The notes beneath the pieces are model-generated. The model worked only from the letters and a program-made list of their open reading frames with translations. It ran no database searches and was not told where the DNA came from. A stretch of DNA of 64,000 nucleotides from Oculina patagonica (taxonomy: Eukaryota): positions 30,380,001 to 30,444,000 of the forward strand of contig NC_135761.1 in assembly GCF_052425735.1 (NCBI RefSeq), given 5' to 3'. A program made the position numbers and the translations under genes. This document shows, piece by piece, positions 18,321-31,700 of this stretch (position 1 is the first letter of the stretch; the number at the start of each line of letters is the position of its first letter).

Positions 18321-19796
18321 GAATAATTTTTTTGTACAGAGAGTGGTGTACATAGATTTATTTAGCTATGATAATCGCGCTTTTGAGTTTTTCTTTTGGT
18401 AGCGTGAACGACAGCATGCAAACGTACCATTTTATATTAGTCTGGTATTTATGTTTCAAAAATGTACAAAGCATGCTGAGTTTATTGTACTGAGCAGTTT
18501 TGGATTAATCGCACCTTTTGATTTTTTTCATAGCATTAAATTTCTGCAATAGATTGAGAAAGTTTCAAAATATTTCACCAAGCACTATAAAATTACTTTA
18601 TCACTGGCAACAATATTACTATCTATTTAGTAGAGATTTCGAGTGTTTATAGATTGCATTTTTCTTATGTTCATTTTTAGTAACATTAATTCCTTTTAAG
18701 CAGCTTGTTTCTCCTTATTTGTTAATTCTTGTCTTTCAATTTTCCCCAAAAGAATGTTTTGGTAAAATTCAACATTTAAAAGGGAAAAAATAATGTTGCT
18801 TCACTAATATCTTTCAAACAGCTTCAACAATCACAGAAATTAATATGACTTCTGATGTAAATATTTTAATAATTTTAAGTATTGAAGGAAAATCTTTTGG
18901 AGAACTAATATAAGCATATGCAGTGGTTGCAAGATAATGTTAATTTTTCCTAGAATGAATATGGCTGGTCTTCAATATGTAAAATAATTATAAATAAAGG
19001 TCAGCTGTTTGTCAATATTGCTGGATGTCAGAGAGTAATATTAAGCATTTAATTATTAAAGCTGTGATAAATCAGAATAATCATAAAGCAATGAATCAGT
19101 TGTAATAAATAAAATTTAACACATGCATGCAGGCAGTTTGCAGTTGAAGCACTCTAATATACGTTCCTTTGTTGATACATTTATATACACAAGTGTTGAC
19201 GTTTTCAAGATCCACCAAGTCATGGCCACAATTTACACGATGAAAAAAATAAGCAAAGGCAGAACTTATTTCCGAACACATAACAAATGAGCCCTTTCCC
19301 TTTTACTTATGGTAAGAGTTGTTATTTTGCATCACAAGTTGGGCAATAAATGTGTTATTTTAGCAGCTTGCTGGAGACCGTAAAGACTTGCCCCAAGTCT
19401 GTCAGACAGGGTCACCCTGCCCCCACTTCAAGCCAACAGCAAAACTCAAAAAACTGGTTTGCAGCTATTTATAGAAAAAAATGTATGAAAAGATCTCTAA
19501 CTGAGGGTGGTTCAGTCAAGAGAGTAACCCTCCCATCAGGGGCAACTTCTCTCCTTACAAACTAGCCCCTAACTCTGAAAGTTAATTACCTTACCAAAAA
19601 CAATATAATGGCCCAGACAGGGTTTAAAGCCAGGAAAGCAAGTGCCAGTCCATATAAACACAATGTTTGCATCAGTTTATTTTATTAACAGCTACACAAA
19701 ATAGTAGTCGACTCATTGACAATGTATTTGTGATGCAGTGCTTGTCAATAAGCATCGACAAGCGCTAAGGATGCTAAGTTTTTGTCATGCATTTTA

Positions 19797-19970
19797 GGGT
19801 GCGTTCGTTTGGGAATATTCTGGAATAAGAAGATATTACAGAATATATTCTGCTCCTGGGAGCAAAATAGCCAGTATTCCAGATTAGGAAGAGCAGCCAA
19901 ACGAACGCTAACTTGCATTATTCCAATTATTCTTACCAGTATTCTGGATTGATCCCAAATGAACGCGCCC
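19797..19970. mobile_element. Harbinger-type MITE
   Basis: GGGTGCGTTCGTTTGG...CCAAATGAACGCGCCC; TTA TSD. Confidence 0.7.
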
Positions 19971-20837
19971 TTAATGACATCGTAGCAATCTCCCTAAGTG
20001 AAACTAAGTTGCTGTAGGGGTGTCTGCATTCTGTAGGCTACCCAGCAGAGACTGAGCAAAAAGAGGCATAGAAGGAGAGAAGGGAAACTAATGAATGGAA
20101 TAAATAAACAAGACTGAACTACTTTCCCCAGGGGGGTACTCCGGCTTGTAAATGACAGGGATGATCAAAGGATTTTTTTGGGTTTGAAATTTTCGATTCC
20201 GGGATTTTTTTGGGTTGGAAAATTTGGCAAGTATTTTTTTGGGTGACTTGATTCAAATAGGGGATTTTTTTTAGGTATTAAGAACGAACTAAAGTGCCTT
20301 GGCGTATTTATAGTATGATGAATAATCAAACTCAAGCGTTTTTGCCCCTCCTGGCAATTTAGGGGTAATTTGACAAGGGATTTTTTTCAGGGTTATTTTT
20401 GTTCCGGGGGATTTTTTTGGGTAATGTCGGAAGACTTAGGGATTTTTTTGGGTCCTGAGTTTTGCCTCCATTCAATCATCCCCGTCATTTACAAGCCGGA
20501 GTACCCCCCCCCCTGGGCTACTTTCTCTTCCTTATTTTTACCTTGATCCCTACTGAGTGAGGCAGAGATGTCCTTGTATCTGCCTACAAGAAACAGAAGG
20601 GAATCTCCATCCCACAACATACAAGTACTTAATCATCATCATTATTATTATCATCATCCTAAATCTCCTGCACCCATCAGTTGATATTTCCTTGCTCCAA
20701 GCTCCTAATCTTTGCTCCCACTCTTTCTCTTTCACATGGCAAATTATCACGGAAACAACTGCCTTGCAGGGTGATAAAAATAATGAACAAATGGCGACAA
20801 CATATCCTAACGTCATACAAGACTGCGTGTTTGTAGC

Positions 20838-22582
20838 CTATTTGATCAATCCATACATAAGAAGGAGATTTCCTCCAGCCAAGATATAATGAAACCAGTC
20901 CACACCGGGCAAACCAAGAAAAGTGACAGATTCAACTAAACTTGCTAGTCCATAGGAAAGAGCACCAGCAGTCGCATAGAAGTTTGAACTCATGTATGTC
21001 ACAAAAAGTATTCCAAACACTGCTAGGGTGCTGACTACTGTTCTCAATGGCTTCTCCACAGGATCATGTATTAAGGAGATAACAAATACAATGGCTGCAC
21101 TCACCAAATGGAACTTGGCATTTGCGGGTTTGTTGTGATGGAAACAAAAGCCAGCTGCAATAAGAGGAATCCCTACAAATAAAAATACAAAAAAATTTGA
21201 GATCAGTCTTCCAGGGGGGTGATCTCGGTATTTTTAGCCATCAAGGTCTCATTTAGGGTTGCAAGCGAAAAAATATAGAAATATATCAGTTTTAAAATGT
21301 TCTGAACTGGTATGATTTTTAGGGGTCAAAAAAGCGCGAGTAACGGCAAGGTTGGTCTCCTTGACAGGTTTAATTCAAATTTTCGGATGAGCATCACTGT
21401 CTGTTTGGTATGGGAATCTCCCCCCCCCCCCCAGGTCAGTCTTGCATTTTCTATGATAACTTTAGTGCTGTGGATGCTGTCTGACATTTGCAGACTGCAG
21501 ACTTTCACTCCAGTTATTAGCCCAAATAGCACTTCAATTAGCCTGAATAAAATAGCTCTCAATAATGGTATTTAGGCTTAAGAACTAAAGCCATCTCGCA
21601 TCTGTTAGCTACCCGGAACCCCATATTGTCCTTCTACGCACAGATTCTTTTCTAGTTTTACATTAAAACCAAAATGTTTGTAAGTCTCACATTGAGATTT
21701 GCAAACGGCTAAACTGTAGAATACCGGGCCACTAATTTGCATCTCATTGAATGTGAATGGTTCCTTCCTTTGTTTCTACTATGCTTCGTTCTTAAAGCGT
21801 TCAGAGATATGTAAATAAGTGGCCCGGTATCCCGGGGGGGGCACTCCCTTATATGGCCTATACGGGGACGTGCCGCTGGATAGGGTATGGTTTTTGACTC
21901 CTCCGGTCCTGAACAGGGTATATAATTTCAAGCTCCTCTGTCCTAAACAGGGTCTGAAGCTGTCCTAGACAGGGTATGGATGCAAGACTGTCGTCCATGT
22001 ATTTACATTGTTTTCGCTTTCGCTTCAATAAAAAGCATTATTTTATTTGGTGGGATCGGTGTTTTCGCATTTCAATGCGTCAAACATCGCGTACGGGACG
22101 CAATCACAATCAAGCGTAAATGATTGTTGATGCTGTCCTTTGTCCTAAATAGGGTCTTAAAATAGCGGGTGTTGTCCTACACAGGGTAGGTATTTTAAGT
22201 TTTTATTGTCCTAAACAGGGTCAGGGTTTCAAACCTCCAGCGGCACCCCTATACCTAAATTTAGGTCAAGTACCCCCCCCCCCGGGCCCGGTATTGTAAA
22301 ATCGCTCCTTGCAAACACTATACAATTCTCTACAACTTTTTAAGCAGACCTACCAACGATTGAAGCTATCCATGTGAAAAGAACGTGAAATCGAATCACT
22401 TTAGATTGAAAACTTGGAAAAACCACACCAAACTTGAGAACTCCGAAAGATGCCGCAACAGCGACACACAAGAACCCCCAGGCAGCATACACAGACAGTG
22501 CATGGACATTATACGCCGCATAAAATGAACATCCAGCCAGAACAAAGTCCGACACTGCTGTTGATACGGCTCTTTCACTCAT
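20838..22582 (-). CDS. TMEM276: Multi-pass membrane protein TMEM276-like
   Basis: Exons 22582-22354 and 21172-20838 (phase-1 GT-AG intron). Several hydrophobic helices. STAVSDFVLAGCSFYAA and WIASIVGIPLIAAGF resemble, from memory, human TMEM276 STALSHLVLGVVSLHAA and WVATVIGLPLLAFDF. Confidence 0.8.
21831..22286. mobile_element. CCCGGG-terminated DNA element nested in a smaller MITE
   Basis: 8-bp TSD CCCGGTAT. The host (21707-22308) has an uninterrupted inverted copy at 23538-23672. Related partial copy at ~7649-8010. Confidence 0.8.
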
Positions 22583-22868
22583 TACCTGGCCTAGAACAAC
22601 GAAACTATCTGTAAATATTGGACAAATCTATCAAGATCTAGCCAAGATCTATACTTTCAAATCGTCCACCATATTGGATCGCCCGCGATATAAAGAGATG
22701 AGTTCAGACACCATCCGCCAAAACATTAGCGTGCGCATAGCCTGGACAAACAGTCCGCGGACAGTTTGTATTGCGGATTCATTCTTGGTTTGTTTTGGTC
22801 GACCATTGCTTGACGTTTTTGTGATATTTGTTGAGTTTTTTTGTCCAGGTTTAGCAACATTTGACAAG
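22583..22868. promoter_or_regulatory. Probable bidirectional promoter TMEM276/LENG1
   Basis: Divergent ATGs at 22582 (-) and 22869 (+), under 300 bp apart; CpG-containing. Confidence 0.65.
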
Positions 22869-25800
22869 ATGAACATTTTACCCAAGAAAAGGTAATTTAT
22901 CTGTAGTTAAATTGTTGCAAAGGCAGCTTTTAGATCAGTGCCAGAATCTTTGTATAAAGATACTTTAAACAGGCATGTAAGCTTAATTTTATCAAGTCAC
23001 ACTTAATTTTCCTTTGAAGAAATAGTTTTCTGTGAGTTAAGCCTGATTTATTTTAGAAATGAAAGAGACTTCACAAACGTTTTCCCCTTCCCACACTGCA
23101 AAGGATACAAAATCCATCAATAGTTATTACTGAGTAACATAAGGGTTGCTGAATTTCACTTTTCCAATCATGTTTGTTGTTCCCTTCATTCCTTGTTTTC
23201 ACATGTCCAGCCTCCAAAATGTAATGTGTAATGTATTATTGTTTGTTAAAGAAATTGTCTGCATAAATGTTTTTCAGTTGGCACGTGCGAAACATTGACA
23301 ATATTAACCGTGTGCGCCGTGATGAAGAAAACGCAAGATTAGAAGAGGAGGAAAGAGAAAGAAGAAAAGCACTTGCAGTGAGTTAACATGATTATTTTTA
23401 AAAGTTTAAAAGCTACAGTGGTGTACCTTTATGCTTCAAAGACCTGTACATGTTGTATTACTTTACAAGAAAGGGATTCCCTTCTTGACCCTTCTTCTCT
23501 TATTGACTTCATATTGTTGTTGGGGCAACTTATTTATGGAGCGATTTTACAATACCGGGCCACCTATTTACATATCTCTGAACGCTTTAAGAACGAAGCA
23601 TAGTAGAAACAAAAGGAACCATTCAAATTCAATGAGATGCAAATTAGTGGCCCGGTATTCTACAGTTTAGCCCAATTTATCTCATTTTTTTTTTTCAAGT
23701 TGATTCGGAAGTGCAGTGGTCAAATGGTTAGCACTGGACTCTAGACCAAGAAGTCTGGCCAGGATCACTGCATTGTGTTCTTAGGCAAGACACTTTACTC
23801 TTGCAGTACATCTCTACACAGGTGTAGAAATGGGTACTGGTGAATTTAATGTTGGAGAGAAATCCCGCAATGGTCTGGCAACCCATTGTGGAAACCAAAA
23901 ATGAAATGAAATGAAACCACAGTTAAACACCGCCCTGTTAAGTCACATACAGGTGTACAGTAGACCGAAAAACAGGTGTAACCTTAACCATTACTAATTT
24001 GTTATTTGGAATCCAGTCTTTCTTAGTCTTAACTAATCTGGTCCAGTCAAGTCATACAAAGTACTTTTAAGTATTCTGTGTAAACCACAGTAACATTTCA
24101 ACCTTTTTCAGGAGCAAGAGGCCAGAACAGCCTTGCTGCGAGGTCGTGCTACCAAAAAACAGCTCAAAGATGGAACATCTCAAGACAAAGCACTTGTTCC
24201 AGTTGATGACAAACCACAACATCTTAATTTGTTTGCCGACATTGAGGAAAAGGTTAGTGGCATAACAGATAGAAGATTTTAATTCGACATACAGTTATGG
24301 TTTATAGGAAGATAAACCAAGGACATGGCTTCTTGACAAATACCTAATATATTGAGAATGTTGTTAGAAAAAATTTCTAAAAAATGCATTGCATAGTGAC
24401 TCTAGTAAACTCAGTTGAAGGGTTGTTTTACCTGGTCATGAAACATTCAAAACAAAAATTACCTTGGCAAAATTACTCATTCCAGTATTATCACGGAATC
24501 TAATCATGTACATTGTCTAGATTTCTCTCTGCAAATTAAATTTATGGGAATTTGCAGTAGCATTTTCACATCAGTAGTAACTCTAAGTCCACTGTTACAG
24601 ATCTGTTTTAACCCAAAGAAAGCCCCCAGGCAAGGACAAGAACCAACAACAAACTCAACCCACATAATGATGCCGTGTCCGTGAATCGAACCCGGGCCAC
24701 ATTGGTGGGAGGTGAGAGTTCTCACCACTGCACCACCCCTGCTCCCAAATAAAAATATATTTAAAACTTTAATACAAGGGACGTCTTTTTTTCCCTCTCA
24801 ACCCTGATCCTTTATTCAATATTTTTTTCAGGTTAAATAAAAAAAGCAAAGAAACTAAATTTTTTCTCAGATGCTGCAAATACACTCTTAGTGACTGTAG
24901 TTAATTTTTTTCTGTCACTTTTTTTTTATTTCAGCTCAGTCATGGGAGCAATCGTGAATATGAAGCAGAGAAAAAAGCAGAACAGGAGAAACGAGAAAAA
25001 GCCATTGGCCTGTTAACTTACCTAGGACAGAGTGAACGAGACTCACAAGGTATTGAGCCATCATCTCTATATTATATACAATACAAACAATTCTATCTTT
25101 ATCCTTATACAGCAGGGTAGAAAGGAAAAAAGGCTAAGGTAGAAGATTTTATAGCCACAACCACCATTTAGAAAGTAACATAGGCAAACAGTATAAAATA
25201 CATTGTTTGTACAGGAATCTTTTGTCAAATATTTTCTGTAAAATAAGACACTTAACCAAACTTTTCCAAATCTGTAAACTAAAGATATTCAACAAATGAA
25301 GGGGTGCATGGAATAAGGCCCTAAGTGACTCCTGATGTAACGTGAAATTCTCCCTTTGATTTACAAGCATGCACAGGGCAAATTGGAAGGAGAATCCAGC
25401 AATTTATCAGCAGTCACTTGGGGCTCTTTTCCAGACACCCCTTCGAACAATAGATGTAGATCAGCTAAGAAGCATACAGTTGCATCGTCACTTTTCGATA
25501 CATGTATCAGGGTTTGTACAGGTCCTGGAAAACTTACAAAGTCCTGTTATTTTATTGTGGCACTTTCCAGGACTGGAATGTCCCGGAGAAAGACTACCTG
25601 CCCTGGAAAGCTTTGGAAATCTGTTAAACTCAAGTAACAACTGAATTCTCAGAACTAGCATTTTAATATAAGAAATGCATGGCAGACAGTAAGGAGAAAT
25701 GATATTGAGATCTTGGGAGTGAAAGTGTTAATGTGAATTTTGGAGTCCTTGAAAAATCAATCTGAGTCCTTGAAAAGTCCTGGAAAATTGTTTGTGAAAA

Positions 25801-27684
25801 AGGGTACGAACCCTGATGTATTTGTCTGTAAGCTTGACTCGATTTACAGACAGGATGAATAATTCTTGCTGTTCACTTCATTTTCTTACATGTAGGTGCA
25901 AAGCCATGGTATGTTAAATCACACGAAGAGAGAATGAACTTGAATGCAACAAGTGAAAGGTAATAGTTTGTTGGTAATAAATTTCTTTTTTACTGATTTT
26001 ACAGCATCTCTTGTAAGGATTCGGAAGTGTAGTCAAAACCTGTTAATACTGACTACTAATTGATCACACAAAAAAAGAAGTGGCTCTATTAAACAGATTA
26101 ATTTCCCAGGGGTGGGGGAGAGAGTTTCCCCACATAGACAGGGTGCTCATCAGACCTTTTAGGAGGTAAGATTTGACCATTGGGACGGATGCTAAAATCT
26201 AAAATGACAGCTGTTAAAGTTTTTGCGGTACCTTTAAGGGTTTTGAGTCCATGTCTGTTTTTTTTTTTAGAATTTTTACCCCTTTGGGGTTAAAATCAAT
26301 TTTATGGCGGAGTCCCTAGGGGGAGGGGGTTAATCTAAAAGAAAATGAGTGTTTTAGGCATCAAATCATTGTCTGTAATTATGCGGTGTTGTGACCATGT
26401 AGAGAATTTTTTTATATTCTTGACATCTGTTTGCTTCAAAGCGTATTACAGTAGAATCCCGATTTCTCGAGCCTCCAGGGAAACAGAATCAAGCTAGAGA
26501 AATTGGGAGATTCGAGAAATTGGGGGTAAAATTACAAAGAAGTACTACGCAAGAAAAACGAAAATTGCTTCGAGAAATCGGGAGTTTCGAGAGACCGAGG
26601 GTTCGAGAAATTGGGATTCTACTGTAATAGTGTAAGGGAAATTAAGTTGTTGATAATACATAGAAACTTTTTAAAAGCATAACTCTTTGTTACGGCTTCT
26701 TTTTCTGTGGATAGCTCTAAAGAGAGCGACAAAAAGAAGAAGATGGATCCTCTACAAAACATGACAAAATTCCTTGAAGCGAAGACATCTCACAAAGAAG
26801 ATAAGGACAGAAAACACAAACACAAGAAACGTAAAGATACAGAAAAGGACTCCAAAAGAAAACAAAAGAAAAGTGTTGAAGAAATGAGAAAGGAGAGATT
26901 ACGACGGGAGCAAGAAGAACATGAACGAGAAAGAAAACTGCTGGCTTCTGTGAGAGGAGAGAAGAGTACAGAGGCTACAACACAAGATACTGATGATCAT
27001 CGAGCTCATAGGTATTATGGCTTCACCTTAAAAAAGACTGATGATACTTAAAAAAAACTATGCCACAGGGATTTCGCATTTTTTGGTCTAACTGTTCTGA
27101 AATAAGTGGTAGGCAACTTTACCCATGAAAAACATTGTCTTTGAACATTTAACGGAAGATATAACCTTTATTTGGGGATAGAAATCAAACTTCGGTCATA
27201 AATATCGATTTTTGAAGGTGCGCGGAAACAACTTGAAAACATTGGCTAACGTTTTCAAATTGCAATCCATATCCATCCGAACCATCCCCAGCCAAACACG
27301 CTTTTAAACAGTTTTAGTGCTCTAAAACAGCTCAGTGTTGTTCACAAATAGAAAATTGGGCTGTTCAAAAATCTGCTAAAATCCGTGACATAGTCACTTT
27401 AATTTGAACGAATAACCAGAGGATATGTTCCGTGTGGCGAAAGGAAAAGTATTTCCTGGTTTGTGCTTACGTTCCAAGTTTTGGTCGAATGGAAAGCGCC
27501 TTCAACTATGCAGACACGTTCGATTCTGGCTCGAGAAAACTGGGCGCTTACAAAGCAGCCTTAACGAGTTTCGATTGTTTTTAATTCTTATTTGTGCATT
27601 TGGTTTTGTTTCAGATACAACTCTCAATATAATCCAGACTTCGCGAGAAAACCACGAAATGACTACCGTTACAAGCCATATTAG
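22869..27684 (+). CDS. LENG1: Leukocyte receptor cluster member 1 homolog (CIR N-terminal-like domain)
   Basis: Exons 22869-22891, 23278-23377, 24112-24252, 24935-25049, 25896-25959, 26715-27011, 27615-27684. Motifs [47 protein letters not shown] and C-terminal [12 protein letters not shown]. Confidence 0.95.
25508..25815. mobile_element. CAGGG-terminated MITE, 6-bp TSD
   Basis: CAGGGTTTGTAC...GTACGAACCCTG flanked by ATGTAT on both sides. Confidence 0.75.
26449..26624. mobile_element. Tc1/mariner-type MITE
   Basis: CAGTAGAATCCC...GGGATTCTACTG, TA TSD. Similar CAG-ended TA elements at 36935-37107, 38783-39330 and 52923-53096. Confidence 0.8.
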
Positions 27685-27699
27685 GTTTGACAGTGGACT

Positions 27700-27950
27700 G
27701 CCTCGAAAAGCAACAACTTCCATGAGAGAGGTCACCGAAGAGGGCCGACTACTATGAATGAGTTTGTCGAAGAGGGCTGACGTCTTTGAGCGAGTTCGCC
27801 GAAAAGAGCCGACTACTATTAGCGACTTCCCGAAGAGTGCAATTACTATGAGCGACTTGCCGAAGAGGGCCGACTTCTACGACCAAGTTCGCCGAAGACG
27901 ACCGACTATTATGAGTTCGTTCGCCGAGGACGGCCGAAGACGACCGAGTT
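27700..27950. repeat. Degenerate ~32-bp minisatellite (~8 units) just after the LENG1 stop codon
   Basis: Decayed copies of GACTACTATGAGCGAGTTTGCCGAAGAGGGCC. Confidence 0.85.
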
Positions 27951-28775
27951 AATCCGAGTCGAGGCACAACGGGTATGAAAGAGCTGAAAATAATCCAGGG
28001 CCGGCCAAACACCAAAGGAACTTATTTGTTCTCGGTTTTGCAAAAGATCAAGAAAAAACCTGAACTTAACAAACTCTTTGTTGCAAACGTTGCCTTGTTT
28101 TGCAAATCCTCGTGTGAGGATCTGAAGAGTTTCAAGTTTTTTTAGAAATCACATGAGCGCTGTGCATTTAAGCGTTGCTTCGGCAGCTTCTAACAAAGAA
28201 ACACACAGGCGCACATCGTCAGCAACAAATACAGTTTTATTCATGAAATAAACTCATACTCAAATATTAAGTCTTGTTGTTACGTCCCCAAAGAAGTGAT
28301 AGACAGTAAATGTTTTTTGACTGAGGGTTACGCGCTTGAAACATTTTTAAATAATAATAAATATTTAAAGCGCCATTTCTCATCGGTTCAGTAGCACCTA
28401 AAACAGTTTAAAGCTCTTAAACTATAAATATTATTTTAAAATTTAAATAGCGAAGCTAAATTATGAAATTAAAAAAAGAATAAGAAGAAATGTATTACAA
28501 ATTCCTGACTATTAAATTAGTCTCTTTTCTGGGGAAATAGTCGCTGGTAAGAGTTGGAGCTCAGAGTACCAAGGAAGGAACGGCCGCCTTAACTTTTAAG
28601 ATTGCTTTTAAACAGAAGTGACGTATCCACTCAACACAAAATATACCGCTTCAGTTTGTCAAAAACAATAGTCCCGTGTGCTGGTTCGGGTAAGAGGGAC
28701 GTTTTTCCAATCTCAGCCGGCAAAAGACCGCCATCTTTAGAGTCAAAACCTTTCATTTGTCGACATATTACATCG

Positions 28776-31700
28776 CTAAATAAGTCTTGTTCTGAGTAAA
28801 TATCGAGCACTTCGTCGAAACCATAAAGCAATCACAATTAAAAAGGCAACAGAAAAAACGAAACAAGCAAATAAATATGGAGAGCTTCGTGTCTTCTCTA
28901 AAGTCCTGGATAAAACTGAAAACAAAATGAATGCAATAAGCATTAGTGATTAAATCAATTCAATCAATCGTGAGATATGAGAGAGAAATGGTTAATCAGA
29001 ACAAGGAAAGAAGAGGGTATGAATTTAAAAAGTAATGACTCGTGCTTTCTCTTTGGTCGAGCTCTTATATGTGATTTAAAAAGAAACAAAATGTTTCACT
29101 GAACATTGTGAATTTAAAAAAATCATACCTGATTTATTGGGGTCCACAACTGTTGAACCAACACCAGTAATACTCCGTACCATGTGATTATACTAAAAAA
29201 AAGAGAGATTGCGTTTTGACTTTTGACTTCCGTTCAAGAATTCTTTGTTTCAAACAACCAATCAAAAAAATTTGAATTAATTCAAAAAATCCTATGTCCC
29301 AAGCGCCCTTCGTTTCTCGTGCCAAGGTCTCGCCGGTTAAGAGAAACAAAAAGGGCTCTGGGGACGAGAATATTTGTGTTACTAAACCACCCCATTCTCG
29401 TCCCCAGAGCCGCTTGTCCCTCTTAGCCGGCGGAGCCTGTGTACGAGGAACAAGCGCCCGAGATTCCAACCGTCTTCCAACCTCGTCCCCAGGGTTTTCT
29501 CGGCAAATGGCACCTTGAAAACGGAGAAGATTCTGGTGACGAGGTTGCCTGATAATACCAGCAGAAAATTCCATACTGATCATGTCGTATGATGTCTCCG
29601 AGCGGTCAAACTAAAGGTGACAACCCTTCTAAACAGATTAAGAATGCTCACCTGATCAGTAACGTAGATAATTTTTCTTTTATGGTCAAAAGTCAGTCCT
29701 GTGGGATGAAAGAACTTGGCCTGTTTGCCGACTCCATCCCTGTAGCCTTCAGTACTACCGGCCAGCGTTCTCACTTCACCTGTAAATTTTTTTTTTTTAA
29801 GTTTTCTTTTAACAAAAGTTTTCTTTTAACAATGTTTGTAGAGGTCGAAGCATACCGTTTCAGCAACCCATCTAACAGGTTTCCTGGTTCTCATATGATC
29901 GCCCGGATCGTTTCTATCACATACACTAAGACGATCGTTGGCTATCGAAGCATTGGAAGCGATCGGGGGTTCTCTTATGATCGTCCCGATCGCCTGATAT
30001 GAGCGAAGACCTACGAACTCATTTTAGATCCAACACAATGGCAGCCTTCAATGAAAGAGCAAAACTCGTGGCCTGCAATCTTCTCAGTTATTGCAGTTTA
30101 CGGCGAAGAGAAAGAAAAGCTAAAAGGATAGAACACGGGCGATCCAAGCGTTCGTGATCGCCCCAATCGCCGCAGACGTTACCGATCGTCTGTGTAATCG
30201 CCCCGATCGCAAGAAAACATTTGGAAGTGGCAGTGGTGATAGAAGCGATCGGGGCGATTATATGAGAACCAAAAGGACAACGTTAGACAAAAGCAAAGCG
30301 CGCGAGGTCTAAAAATAGAATGCAAATGATTATACCCCCCACGAGGCTCAGGAAACATCAGCGTGTTCTGAGAGAAATAGAATGAATCTAGGCGAAGTTT
30401 TCGTTTTAAAAAATTGTTTTAGGAACACCGGCTGTTTTAGAAAGTCTTTTAAGAAAATCGACCGCCATTCCGGTTTGTTTGTCTGAGTCTTGTCTGGATC
30501 ATGACGTCACTCACGCGCTTCACTATTCGGGTCGGGAAGCACTGAGCTCTCACAAGTTCTCATATGAATGGCTCGCTATCCTCCGAGAGAACAAGCAACA
30601 GGAACAATGCCCCTAGCCTCCAAAACAATAGCAGCTGCTACACTATAGAAGACCAGTAGAATTAGAAGATTACGAGAGCTCCAACAGTACAAGACAACTC
30701 AACAGCAGTTGTGATAAACCAAGTCCCCTGGCTAGAAGTCCCCTGGCTAGACCAGGACCAGGGGAGCCGAGCAGAGTGCCTAGTCCAGCCCGGTGACAGC
30801 CAAGCTGCCACAGGGCTGCAGCTGCCTGACAGTCACAAGACAATACTCATTAAAATACCATGACCTTGCTGTGTCTGGCAAGGTCTGGCGGAAATGACAC
30901 AAAAACACTCCACTATGCCCACCCCCCTAAAAAGCCAGCAATTCAACCCCTGACCCTGGGCTCCCTAGGGCTGCTAGCCCTACCACTCTGCTACCCGGCA
31001 CAACCTTCCAAGACGTTGCCCCCCCCCCCCCCCCTCATTTTTTTCTCACCGGACTGGTTTGAAGGCCGACTAACGTCGGCCCTTAAGCACGGTTAAGCAC
31101 GGAGTCCACCTTTTGTCAAATCTGTGTAGATATATGTCTGAATTTATCAAAACCGGGTCAAAGAAAAGTGACGTCAGTATTCTTGAACAAGTACGTTACT
31201 GCGCGAATGGGCTTAAAACGCCACAAGAAAGGGGGAAAAAAAGAAATACAGCGCTGAAAGGTAGAGAAGAGAGAGGAGAAGAGAAAAAAAGACTGACTGA
31301 GGGACTGAGGGCGGGGGTTCGAATCCGGCTAGGGTTTTTTTATTTTTTTATTTTTTTTATTACTTTTTTTTGGTGGGTTCGAATCCTGAGCCTTTCATTT
31401 TTATCGTTTTTCTTTTCGGATTAAAATAACACTGATTTCCACATAATACTCCCTCAACGCCTATTCAGGCCATAAACCTTTCATCGCCATCAGGGGCGCG
31501 CGGGCGGAGGGTTCGTATCCTCCTGCCGTTCGTTCTCTTTTTTTTTAATGCCCTCAAATAAATGTCCAAAATGCGACTATCCAATAATTTGTCGATGATT
31601 TTGAAAATAGCCTGCGCTTCCCAACGCTTTATACCTCTTTACGAACCAGAAAGAGCCGCCATCTTCAAAGCGGAGTAGACCCTGGGAACGAGGGTGTCGC

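Noticed and set aside
27758-27952. Repetitive ORF MSLSKRADVFER...
   Set aside because: Translation of the degenerate minisatellite downstream of the LENG1 stop.
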